Below are positions 12,976-28,996 of a stretch of 64,000 nucleotides of DNA, one piece after another. The notes beneath the pieces were generated by a model. It was not told the origin of the DNA. It did no database searches and saw only the letters and a program-made list of their open reading frames with translations. Source of the DNA: the human T2T-CHM13v2.0 reference genome, Homo sapiens; NCBI RefSeq assembly GCF_009914755.1, contig NC_060929.1, one strand, 5' to 3'. Both the position numbers and the translations under genes were made by a program. Every line of letters starts with the position of its first letter. The first letter of the stretch is position 1.

Positions 12976-14452
12976 TTTTTGGGGGATTAATATTTTTAAT
13001 TACATGATTGTAATTAAACAATTTCCACTATTCGATATTTTGTATAAAACCAGTTACAACTCACAAGATTTTCAGATGTGACAATATGTATCAAACTACA
13101 TACATATGCAAAGTTTACAGGCCATTAGGAAGCTTTATCTTAAAAATACCTTCAGGAAAATAAACATTCATTCAACCAGTTCTCTTGGCTTTAAAAAATA
13201 TGATTAGAAATATACACTGTAAAAAAAAAATCAAGACAATGATTGATCAATACTGATCAGTTACATTTTAAAACTTTTAATAATCTGTACATGAAAGCAG
13301 GTTAAAGTCTGCAAATTATTAATAGAAAACTGCAGTACTATCATCGGATGAACATGTCTGCTCACAATTCTACCAGGTAATTAAGGAGGTAATTTCCTAC
13401 ACAGTATAGGTGAATTGTCCAGTCTTTAAACACATCTGGAGTCATCTCCACTCAGTGACATGGAGAATACCCTGATGTGGGGAAATGGAAGAGCAGCGGC
13501 TAGCCTCTCCAGGCCAGTTTCAGTGGAAGAGAACATTTAAAGGGACAATAAAATAGGTCCTAAAAGTTGCTTTTGACGAGCACTGCTTTCCAAAATGCAA
13601 TAATGATTTTTTTTAACGTAGAAAGAGAAGCTATGTTAAGAACAGAAGCTATGTTAAGTGCATCCAATGAATGCACTGCTTCTGTGGCTCAGACGGTGAC
13701 TGGGAAAAGGGAAGGCCCTAGGAGAGCCCTCGGGCCACGCACAAGCCCAGGCCATCCTGCCCAGCGAGCACACTGGCCTCGAGCACACTGGCCTCATGAC
13801 AATGCTTGGGAACTCCTCTAAAACTTGCCTAGGCCCAAGAAAAGTGAAAGGTATCAATCACCCCTGTGAGAGGGCTAGAGGGGAGGGGAGGAAATAGGCA
13901 GGGGACAGGCTAGGGGCATCAAGCTCAGAACGGGGGAGTTCTGGAGGCCGGCAGAGCTGCGTGCTGCCGGGAAGCACTGGCCACGCCAGGCCATTCTGCT
14001 CTCATGAGGTGCTGCTCCCTACCAAGTTCTACAAAAAGCCACGTCTGTCCGTACTTCTAGGAACCCAGTTTTGCAGACGCTCTTCCTCTGGACTGTCCCT
14101 GACTCTTGATAATTTTGAGTCCCCAGAAAGCTTCAAGGGCACCAAAAATATTCACTTCTAATTTTAATTCCATTGCAAATTCCATTCTGGAGTACTTTCA
14201 GGGCTATTTAAGGCTCTTAAGTTAAGGGAATCTCTCCATCTGACAGACACAGTTTCATGTTCCATAGCAACAAGGTCTTATATAACAAGGACTCTAAGTC
14301 AGAATCCCAGAAAATTCTGGGTGTTTGTGGTTTCAGTTGGGGGTGATGGGAAGAGTCCACTCTCATTCATAGCAGGAAGAACTTTCCATCCCTCAGATCC
14401 AGAGACTTCCTGGATTCTAGAGATGGTCCTCATAAGAAAAATAGTTTTTTTT
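12976..14452 (-). pseudogene. Probable processed retrocopy of an mRNA 3' UTR (parent not identified)
   Basis: Non-repeat sequence embedded in L1. The minus strand ends ...catgtaATTAAAaatattaatcccccAAAAA. It has an AU-rich distal half, a GC/CpG-richer middle and no convincing CDS. Confidence 0.65.
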
Positions 14453-14460
14453 AAAAAAAA

Positions 14461-16450
14461 GACAATATATAAAACTATAAAACTCACTGGTAACACTGAG
14501 TATATAGTCAAATTAAGAATATTGTAATACTGTAATGGTGGTATCTAATCACTTTTAACTCTAGTATAAAAGTTAAAAGACAAAAGTAATAATAATTTGA
14601 GCTACAATAATTTGTTAATGGATACACAATATAAAAATATGTAAACTGTGATATCAAAAACATAAATGGGGGAGAAGTGAAAGTGTAGAATTTTTGTGAA
14701 CAAAGTTAAGTTGTTGTCAGCTTAAAACAGGCTGTTATATGATGTTTTATGTAAGCCTCATGGTGATCACAAAGAAAAAGAAACCTGTAGCAGATACATA
14801 AAGTGAAAGAAATCAAACCATTATCACTACCAAACAAAATTGTCAAATCACAATGCAAGACAGCATAAGGAACAAAGGGACTACAAACAGTCAGAAAACA
14901 GTCAACAAAATGGCAATATTAATCCTTAACTATCAATAATTACGTTCAGTGTAAATGTATTAAATTCTCTAATCAAAAGACAGAGTGACAGAATGGATTA
15001 AAAAACACTCACTTTAGCATTAAGGACACAAACAGAGCAGTGTGGTTATACTTATATTAGACAAAATAGACTTCAAGTCAAAAACTCTCACAAGAGACAA
15101 GATAATAACATAATGATAAAGGGATCCATTCATCAAGAGGATATACCAATTATAAATATATATGAACCCAAAATTAGGCTCCTAAATATATGAAGTAAAT
15201 AAACAGAACTGAAGGAAGAAATAAGACAGCAATACAATAATAGTAGGGGACTTCGATACCTTACTTTCAACAATGGACAGGTCAGATAGAAAAATCAATA
15301 AACAGTAGACTGGAAAACACTATAAACCAAATGGACTTAACAGAAATATTCAAAACGTTCCATTTAATGGCAGCAGAAAACACAATCTTAAGAACATTCT
15401 CCAGGATAAATCATGTTATGCTACAAAACAAGTCTTAACACATTTAAGAAGACTGCAATCATATCAAGTATCTTTTTTTTCCACAATGGTATGAAACTAG
15501 AAGTAGGGGGAAAAACTGAAAACTCACAAATAAATGGGAAATTAACACATCTCTAAACAAGTGGATCAAAAGGGAAATCAAAAATATCTTGAGACAAATG
15601 AGAATAGAAACACAGCACACTGAAACTTATGGGATGCAGCAAAAGCAGTTCCAAGAGGAAAGTTTATAGTGATAAATGCCAACATTAGGGAAAAAAAAAA
15701 ATCTTGAAACAACCTAATTTTATACCTCAGGGACCTAGAAGACCAAAGTAAGCTCAAAATTAACAAAGAAAGAAAATAGTAAAGATTAGAGCAGAATTAA
15801 ATAAAATAGAGACTAGAAAAAGAGTAGAAAGATCAATTACAGTTTTTTGAAAAGATGAACAAAATTGGCAAACCCTTAGCTAGACTAAGAAAAAAAGAAA
15901 GAAAACTCAAAATTATAAATGAAAGGGAGACTTTAAAATTGATACTACAGAAATACAAAGGATCATAAGAGACTGATATGAACAATTATATGCCAAAAAA
16001 TTGGAAAACCTAAGCAAAAAGGATAAATTTCTAGAACGTACAACCTACCAAGACTGAATAATGAAAAAAATAATAAATCTGAACAGTCAAATAATGAGTA
16101 AGGATATTGAACCAGTAGTCAAAAACTTCCCAGCAATGAAAAGCCCAGGACTAGACAGCTTTACTGATGAATTCTACCAAATATTCAAAAAAGAATGAAT
16201 GTCAATCTTTCTCAAACTCTTCTGAAAAACTGAAGAGGAAAAAATACTTTCAAACTCATAAAGCCAGCAATACCCTGACACCAAAGCCAGACAAGAAAAA
16301 AAAAAATTACAAGCCAGTATCTCTGATGAACATAGATGTAGAAATCCTCAACAAAATACTAGCAAACTAAATTCAACAGCAAATTAGAAGGGAGTTTAAA
16401 TCATGATCAAGTGGGATTTGTCCCTGGGATGCAAGGAAGACTCAACATAT
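14461..16450 (+). mobile_element. L1M (L1MA-type) inter-ORF region and ORF2 5' half, host piece 3
   Basis: aaaactcactggtaa...tgtaatactgtaatggtgg inter-ORF motif; peptides [21 protein letters not shown] and GFVPGMQG. Confidence 0.8.
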
Positions 16451-16654
16451 GCTCAAGCAATCCTCTCACTACAGCCTCCCAAGTAGCTGGGACTATAGGC
16501 ATGCACCACCATGTCCAGCTAATCTTTAAAATTTTTTTAGAGACAGGGTCTTGCTGTGTTGTCCAGGCTAGTTTGAAGCCCCTAGCCTCAAGGAATCTAC
16601 TGTCTCAGCTTCCTGAATAGCTGGGATTACAGGTGCAAGCCACCAGGCCAAGCT
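16451..16654 (-). mobile_element. AluJ-like, 3' part and tail missing
   Basis: gagacagggtcttgctgtgttgtccaggct; fused directly to L1 ORF2 with no poly-T. Confidence 0.85.
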
Positions 16655-18118
16655 CAAATAATATTTATAATGCTATATTATTGTATGTATATAATAGCAC
16701 AAAGGTGTGGAGAGGGAATGGAACTATACTGGAATAAAGTTTCTCTATCTTACTGGAATTACATTCCTATAATCTGAAGTACATTCTGACAAGGTGTATG
16801 TTATAAGCCCATAGAAGAACCATTAGGAAATGACTTAAAATTGATTTTTAAAATTAAGAAAGAAATTAAAATGGTATACTAGAAAATAATCATGTAATAC
16901 AAAAGGAGGCAATAGAGGAGAAATAGAGGAACAGAAAGATAGAAGGCCTGTAGAAAACAAATAACAAAATGGAGGACATGTGCCTAACTATATCAATACT
17001 GGCATTACATGTGAATGAGTTAAACACTCCAAAGAAAAGGCACAGGTTGTAAGACTCGATTACAAAAAAACAAGCAAAATTCAGTTTTATGATGTTACAA
17101 GAGACATACTTTAGGGTTTTGTTGTTTTTTTTTTTAAACGTAGGTTGAAAACAAAGGGTTATGAAAAGATATGCCAATGCTAAGCAAACAGCAGGCATAA
17201 GTGAACTGAAGTGGCTATACTAATATCAGATAAAATAGGCTTTAAGACAGAAACTGTTACTAGAGACAAAGAGAGGCATCTTAAAATACAGTCAGTTCAT
17301 TGGGAAGATATTACAATAAATGTATATATTGGCGTGACAACAGAGCTCCAAAATGAAGCAAAAACTGACAGAATTAAAGGGAGACATAGACAATTCTATA
17401 GTAATAGTTGGAGATCTCAATGCCCTACCCTTGATAATGGGTAGAACAACTAAATGGAAAATCAGAAAGTATGTAATAGACTTAAACAACACTACATGAC
17501 CAACTGACCTAAATGACATCTGTAGAACATTCCATCCGCAGTAGAAGAATACAAATCCTTCTCAAATGTATTTGGAACATTTTCCAGGATAGAACATATG
17601 GTAGGCCATAAAAACAAGCCTCAGTTTAAAAGGATTGAAACTATACAAAGAATGTTCTCTGACCACAATGGAATGAAATTACAAATCAACACCACAGCAA
17701 ATTTGGAGAATCCAAAAATATGTGGAAATTAAACAACACATGTCTAAATAACTCATGGATCAAAAATAAAGAACAAGGGAAATTATAAAATATTTTGAAC
17801 TGAATAAAAAACACAGCATAGTAAATTGATAGGATATAGCTAGTACAGTGTTCAGAGGGAAATTTATAGCTATAAATGTCTACATTACAAAGAAGAAAGA
17901 TTTTGAATAATCTAACTTTCTACCTTAAGAAACTAGAAAATGTGAAAAAGAATAGTGTGCAAATGCGCACAAGATTTCTTTTTGGGATGATGGAAATGTT
18001 CTAAAATTAGATTGCAGTGATGGCTGTACAACAGTAAATGTACTAAAATTATTTGAATTGGATATGTATAAAAATGAATTCTATGGCAGGTAGATTATAC
18101 CTTAAGAAAGCATTTTTA
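16655..18118 (+). mobile_element. Old L1M (L1MB-type) inter-ORF/ORF2 5' part joined to a 3' end
   Basis: AILISDKIGFK...RDKERH endonuclease remnant; 3'-end motif tttgggatgatggaaatgttctaaaattagattgcagtgatgg from ~17975. Confidence 0.7.
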
Positions 18119-18308
18119 TAAGGTTGGATCAGGCAAAATTCATCAATGGATATTAAATCTAGAGGGACATTTTGATGACTGGAAGGATATTTGCATGGTC
18201 TTAGACTGTCTCTCCACAGGTTCCTCCTTTATTGCAAGGGAAAACAGTAATTATTACAGTGAAGAATCAGAAAACATCTTGATCAGATATTCAAACTTAA
18301 CATCACCA
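18119..18308 (+). mobile_element. L1MC4-like 3' UTR, piece 2
   Basis: caggcaaaattcatcaatggat...ggatatttgcatggtct...aacatcacca matches recalled L1MC4 3'UTR. Confidence 0.65.
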
Positions 18309-18486
18309 GAGCAGCATTCCAAGATGGCTGAAAAGGAACAGCTCCAGTCTGCAGTCCCCAGCGTGATCAAAGATTGGTGATTTCTGCATTTCCAACTGAG
18401 GTACCTGGTTCATCTCATTGGGACTGGTTGGACAGTGGGTGCAGCCCACAGAGGGTGAGCTAAAGCAGGGCAGGGCATCATCTCAC

Positions 18487-18735
18487 CTAGGAAGTGCAAG
18501 GGGTTGGGGGATTTCCCTTTCCTAGCCAAGGGAAGCTGTGACAGACTACCTGGAAAAGCGGGGCACTCCCGCCCAAATACTGCACTTTTCCCAAGGTCTT
18601 AGCAACTGGCAAAAAGGTGATTCTCTCCCATGCCCAGCTCAGTGGGTCCCATGCCCACAGAGCCTTGCTCACTGCTAGCGCAGCAGTCTGAGATCTGCGA
18701 GGTGGCAGCCTGGCTGGGGGAGGGGCGTCTGCCAT
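18487..18735 (-). pseudogene. L1 antisense ORF0 homologue, frameshifted
   Basis: MADAPPPARLPP in one frame and ISDCCASSEQGSVGMGP in another resemble primate L1 ORF0 (MAGAPPPASLPPCSLISDCCAS...). Confidence 0.7.
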
Positions 18736-19333
18736 TCCTGAGGCTTGAGGAGGTAAACAAAGCAGCCGGGAGCTCGAACTGGGTGGAGCCCACCACAGCT
18801 AAACAAGGCCTACTGCATCTAGACTCCATCTCTGTGGGCAGGGGATAGCTGAAAGAAAAGGCAGCAGACAACTTCTGCAGACCTAAACGTCCCTGTCTGA
18901 GAGCTCTGAAGAGAGCAGTGGTTCTCCCAGCATGGCGTTTGAAATCTGAGAAAGTACAGACTGCCTCCTCAAGTGGGTCCCTGACCCCCGTGTAGCCTAA
19001 CTGGGAGACACCTCCCAGTAGGGGCCGACTGACACCTCATATAGGCAGCTGCCCCTCCAGGATGAAGCTTCCAGAGGAAGGATCAGGCAGCAATATTTAC
19101 TGTTCTGCAATATTTGCTGTTCTGCAGCCTCTGCTGGTGATACCCAGGCAAACAGGGTCTGGAGTGGAACTCCAGCAAACTCCAACAGACCTGCAGCTGA
19201 GGGACCTGACTGTTAGAAGGAAAACTAACAAACAGAAAGGAATAGCATCAACATCAACAAAAATGTCATCTACACCAAAACCCCATCTGTAGGTCACCAA
19301 CATCAAAGAAAAAAGGTAGACAAAACCACAAAG

Positions 19334-21301
19334 ATGGGGAGAAACCAGAGCAGAAAAGCTGAAAATTCTAAAAACCAGAGCACCTCTTCTCCTCAAAAGG
19401 ATTGCAGTTCCTCGCCAGCAACAGAACAAAGCTGGATGGAGAATGACTTTGACGAGTTGACAGAAGTAGGCTTCAGAAGGTCGGTAATAACAAACTTCTC
19501 TGCGCTAAAGGAGGATGTTCAAACCCATCGCAAGGAAGCTAAAAACCTTGAAAAAGATTAGACAAATGGTTAACTAGAATAAACAGTGTAGAGGACCTCA
19601 AATGACCTGATGGAGCTGAAAACCATGGCACAAGAACTACGTGACGCATGCACAAGTATGAAATTAATGAAATTAAGTGAGAAGACAAGTTAGAGAAAAA
19701 AGAGTAAAAAGAAACAAACAACACCTCCAAGAAACATGGGACTATGTGAAAAGACCAAATCTACATTTGATTGGTGTACTATCGGGGGAAACCAGCCCCC
19801 AATACTTCAACGTAGGTTCTTTTCTATTTTCCCTAAGTGTCGGCCGGTCTGAGAAATAAAGGGAAAGAGTACAAAAGAGAGAAATTTTAAAGCTGGTGTC
19901 TGGGGGAGACACCACATGTTGGCAGGTTCTGTGATGCCCCATGAGCCGCAAAACCAGCAAGTTTTTATTAGTGATTTTTAAAGGGGAGGGAGTGTACGAA
20001 TAGCGTGTGGGTCACAGAGATCACATGCTTCACAAGGCAATAAAATATCACAAGGCAAATGGGGGCAGATCACAGGATGGGGGCAAAATTAAAATTGCTA
20101 ATGAAGTTTCGTGTCCCACTAGGCACACATTGTCATTGATAACATCTTATCAGGAGAAAGGGTTTGAGAGCAGACAACTGGTCTGACTAAAATTTACTAG
20201 GCAGGAATTTCCTCATCCTAATAGGCCTGGGAGCGCTACGGGAGACGGGGTTTATTTCATCCCTTATCTACAACTGTATAAGACAGACACTCCCAGAGTG
20301 GTCATTTTAGAGACCTATCCCTGGGAATGCATTCTCTTTCTCAGAGCTGCTCCTTGCTGAGAAAAAGAATTCAGCGATATTTCTCCTATTCGCTTTTGTA
20401 AGAAGAGAAATATGGCTCTGTTCCACCTGGCTCTAAGGGAGTCAGACCTAATGGTTATCTCCCTTGTTCCCTGAACATCGCTGTAATCCTGTTCTTTTTT
20501 CAAAGCGCCCAGATTTCATATTGTTTAAACACACATGCTTTACAAACAATTTGTGCAAGTAACACAATCATCACAGGGTCCTGAGGGGACATATATCCTC
20601 AGCTTACAAAGATGACAGGTTTAAGAGATTAAAGCAAAGACAGGGATAGGAAATTACAAGAGTATTGATTGGGGAAGTGATAAATGTCCACGAAATCTTC
20701 ACAATTTATGTTCTTCTGCCATGGCTTCTGCCAATACCTCCATTCGGGGTCCCTGACTTACCGAAACAATGTACTTGAAAGTGATGGGGAGAATGGAACC
20801 AAGCTGGAAAACACTCTTCAGGATATTATCCAGGAGAACTTCCCCAAACTAGCAAGGCAGGCCAACATTCAAATTCAGGAAATACAGAGAACACCGCAAA
20901 GATACTCCTCGAGAAGAGCAAACCCAAGACACATAACTGTCAGATTCACCAAGGTTGAAATGAAGGAAAAAGTGTTAAGGGCAGCCAGAGAAAAAGGTCA
21001 AGTTAAACACAAAGGGAAGCCCATCAGACTAACAGTGGATCTCCTGGCAGAAACTATACAAGCCCAAAGAGAGTAGGGGCCAATATTCAACATTCTTAAA
21101 GAAAAGAATTTTCAACCCAGAATTTCATATCCAGCCAAACTAAGCTTCAAACGTGAAGGAGAAGTAAAATCCTTTACAGACAAGCAAATGCTGACAGATT
21201 TTGTCACCACCAGGCCTACCTTACAAGAGCTCCTGAAGGAAGCACTAAACATGGAAAGGAACGACTGGTACCAGCCACCGCAAAAACATGCCAAATCGTA
21301 A
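19334..21301 (+). pseudogene. L1PA6 ORF1 (disrupted)
   Basis: MGRNQSRKAENSKNQS...WMENDFDEL; ENGTKLENTLQDIIQENFP. Frameshifts, an internal deletion near 19657 and the MER11 insertion. Confidence 0.88.
19780..20768 (-). mobile_element. MER11 solo LTR (ERVK, HML-8/HERV-K11 family)
   Basis: Minus strand starts tgtttcggtaagtcagggaccccgaatggagg and ends gggctggtttcccccgata. 6-bp TSD gtgtac (19774-19779)/atgtac (20769-20774). L1 ORF1 rejoins across it. Confidence 0.9.
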
Positions 21302-21364
21302 AGACCATCAGTGCTATGAAGAAACTGCATCAATTAACAGGCAAAATAACCACCTAACATCATA

Positions 21365-25491
<4,127 letters not shown>

Positions 25492-25723
25492 ACGAGATCA
25501 CTTGGACACAGGGCGGGGAACATCACACACTGGTGCCTGTCGGGGGGTGGGCCCTGGGGGAGGCATAGCATTAGGAGAAATACCTAATGTAAATGATGAG
25601 TTGATGGGTGCAGCAAACCAACATGGCACATGTATACTTATGTATCAACCCTGCACGTTGTGTACATGTACCCTAGAACTTAAAGTATAATAAAAAATAA
25701 TAAGAATAAAAAAAACATCACCA

Positions 25724-26150
25724 ATGAAAGTCAGATGGACATCAGATACCACCAATTCTGATACCCTGAGGACACAATATAAAACGTTAGACAAACTGAA
25801 AATGAGGAATGTTTAATTAAAGGAGGAGGAGATATATTATTCAAAAGTGTCATAAAATACAAATAAATCTATGGAAATGCTCCAGATTAAAGGAAGCTAA
25901 AGAGACATGACAATTAAATGTTAACACTGATCTTAGACTGGGGGAAGATATTTCAAAGAGCATTATTATTCATTTGATAAAACTGGAATGCAGAGAGATT
26001 AGGTTAAAATATTATAATTAAAGTTAAATTTACTAACATTGACAAACGTATAAAATTGTGAAAGAATATTCATGGGAATTACGTATTGAAGTATTTAGGA
26101 GTAAACGACCATGACATATGTAATTTATTGTCAAATGGTTTAGAAAAAAA
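25724..26150 (+). mobile_element. L1MC4-like 3' UTR, piece 3
   Basis: Continues after the TSD: tccagattaaaggaagctaaagagacatgacaattaaatg...tcaaatggtttagaaaaaaa. Confidence 0.7.
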
Positions 26151-26344
26151 TCTCCCCCCAGCCTCTCTCTCTCATGTTCAGATACTAGCAGTTTTCCTCT
26201 CCTTTAAAGAATATTTAATTTTATTTACAAATACTATAAAAGTATTTTCTCTAGTTTAATAAACTGATAATCATGACCATAATGTTTGAATATATTCTTT
26301 GGGAAACCTATTTTAACACTGTCAAACAGCAATTTCCCACTGTT

Positions 26345-26492
26345 GTTTTTGCACTATCAATGCAAATGGTCAACACAATAAAAAGGCAAATAATATTTTA
26401 CTCTTACTATCCAGAGTTCTGGCCTCATAGATTTCCTGAAAGGGTCTCAAGGAAACCCAGGGGTCCATGGACCACTTGTTTCAAGAGCACAA
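26345..26492. mobile_element. hAT-Charlie DNA transposon terminal fragment (Charlie1-like)
   Basis: tgcaaatggtcaacacaataaaaaggcaaataat...cctgaaagggtctc...ccaggggtccatggaccac. Confidence 0.6.
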
Positions 26493-26659
26493 ATTATAAT
26501 CTTACTTGTTATGTATTTTCATAGGAAGCAGAACCAAAGGGAACAAGCATGAAAGTTAGGTTATCTATACAAACACATCCTGACTATGAGTGGTATAAAG
26601 AAATTAAAGTATGTCTCTGAAAGAAAGCTGTAGAATTTTCTCTTTTCTTTCATATATTT

Positions 26660-26965
26660 TTTCATGTGTTATTTTTATTTTTATCATGAATGTTTTCAAA
26701 GAATCACTAGAGAGACTGGTATTGTGAATCCCCGTATGCCCTATTTAAACTGACATTAATATTTTGCTATTATTTGCTAGCATATTGTTCAAGTTGTTTA
26801 AAGCAAATTCCAGACATCATAGCATTTTATCCTTATTATACTCTAATATCTAGTTCATATTCAGATTTCCCCAATGGTTCCCTACCACCACCACCAAATT
26901 TAATTCTACAGTTAACATTTTGGACTTGAATCCAAAAAAAGCGTTTGTACATTGTTTCTGGCTAA
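26660..26965 (-). mobile_element. Ancient L1M 3'UTR fragment
   Basis: tttaaagcaaattccagacatcat and ttcatattcagatttccccaat motifs. Confidence 0.45.
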
Positions 26966-26970
26966 TACGA

Positions 26971-27139
26971 TTTTTTTTTTTTTTTTTTTTTTTTTTTGAG
27001 ACAGGATCTTACTGTTACCCAGGCTGGAGTGCAGTGGCAAAATCACAGCTCACTATAGCCTTAAGCTCCTGACTCAAGATATCCTCGCCTGAGCCTCCCA
27101 AGTAGCTGGGACTATAGGCACGCACCACCATGCCTGGCT
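26971..27139 (-). mobile_element. Alu right-arm monomer (FRAM or truncated AluJ)
   Basis: Long poly-T followed by a single Alu arm. Confidence 0.88.
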
Positions 27140-27268
27140 CCCCATATTTCCTATAAACTGAAAGTTCAGTCTTAAGGTTTGGCAAAACTCAGGTTTAACA
27201 ATTTTGACCAAAATATATCATGGTGATACTGCCATAATAATTTACATAAACATGGCAAAAGGCCCATC

Positions 27269-27903
<635 letters not shown>

Positions 27904-28969
27904 GGTCCATCTTGAAGGGTTAGGGACAGTTCTAACTACAAGTAGGTTTATACAGCTTTGCTTTTTCTTCAAGATCTGTACAACCCCATCCTAGAGTTGG
28001 AAGGATGTAGAGAAGTACTTTACCTCTATGGTCACTTGTTAGAACCAAAAGACACCTTCATGATAGAGATTTAAGCTAATTGGTTTACCAAGGGGCAAGC
28101 AACTGTTTAGTGGAATTTCACTAGCAGATTTGCTTAGCTGTGGTCATTTAAAAAAGCAAACATTGTTTTTCAAAATCAATTACTGCTTTCTTTCATTGTT
28201 GCCTGCCCAAGTATCCTAGAAAATGGTGATTTGGTTATTTCCTACCTTATTAGGAAATATCTTTCAATAATGGATAAATTAAGTTAATTTTGCAGGTAAT
28301 TAAGAGTTTGTAATGTATTTACAGAGTGTTTAAAAATCATTGAATGAGCGATTCTTTATGTTGTGACTGTGGTTTCTTGTAGGTGGGGGTTCATTAGGTT
28401 ATGAATTAATGACCTTGGTTAAAATAAATGTAAATCAAACCCAGGGAAGTTACAGACAGAAAAGGGGATCAAAGGCTATTATAGGAGTTCCTAATAGCAT
28501 CAGTATAATTAAAATTCTATTAAGTTTCTCAGGGGTTAATAATTTCATAGTGAAAATATGCTTAAGGCTGACATTTGGCATACAAATATTTAGCCCACAG
28601 CAATACTTTTTAAGGAAAATCTAATTAAGTTAGGCAGCAAAGGGGGATTAAAAATGGCTGATCTGAAACCACAGAAAGAATTTTTTCCATTTCAAAGGTT
28701 TTGTCATGTCTGGCAGTGATGCAAAGGTAAGCAAATTTTTTGGAATTTACTAATGAAAAGAAAACCCTCTTTTCATATCTTCCTTTAGCAATCCTTATTC
28801 CTCAGGTAGAATAATACTCATTCAGTGTAATTGGACTTTTCATGTCTTTTTTTTTTTTAAGAAATAAATTTGAAAGACTCCAGCAAATGACTGGATTCCA
28901 TGTGGAAGAAGTGAAGCTTTAGATTGTGGTACATATGTAAATTAAAACATCCGCTACTATGGTGCTTAC

Positions 28970-28996
28970 CAATCACTTAACTTGAGAACTGCATTT
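28970..28996 (-). other. Candidate 27-nt microexon
   Basis: Minus strand: gttttcttttttccttccttacag|AAATGCAGTTCTCAAGTTAAGTGATTG|gtaagc. Splice signals only. Confidence 0.35.

Noticed and set aside
19089-19127. 17-bp tandem duplication gcaatattt(a/g)ctgttct in the L1 5'UTR
   Set aside because: I recall this as typical of L1PA6-age 5'UTRs rather than locus-specific; not verified.
25714-26150. Full-length L1PA6 as source of the transduction at 31699-32141
   Set aside because: Its downstream flank does not match the transduced sequence.
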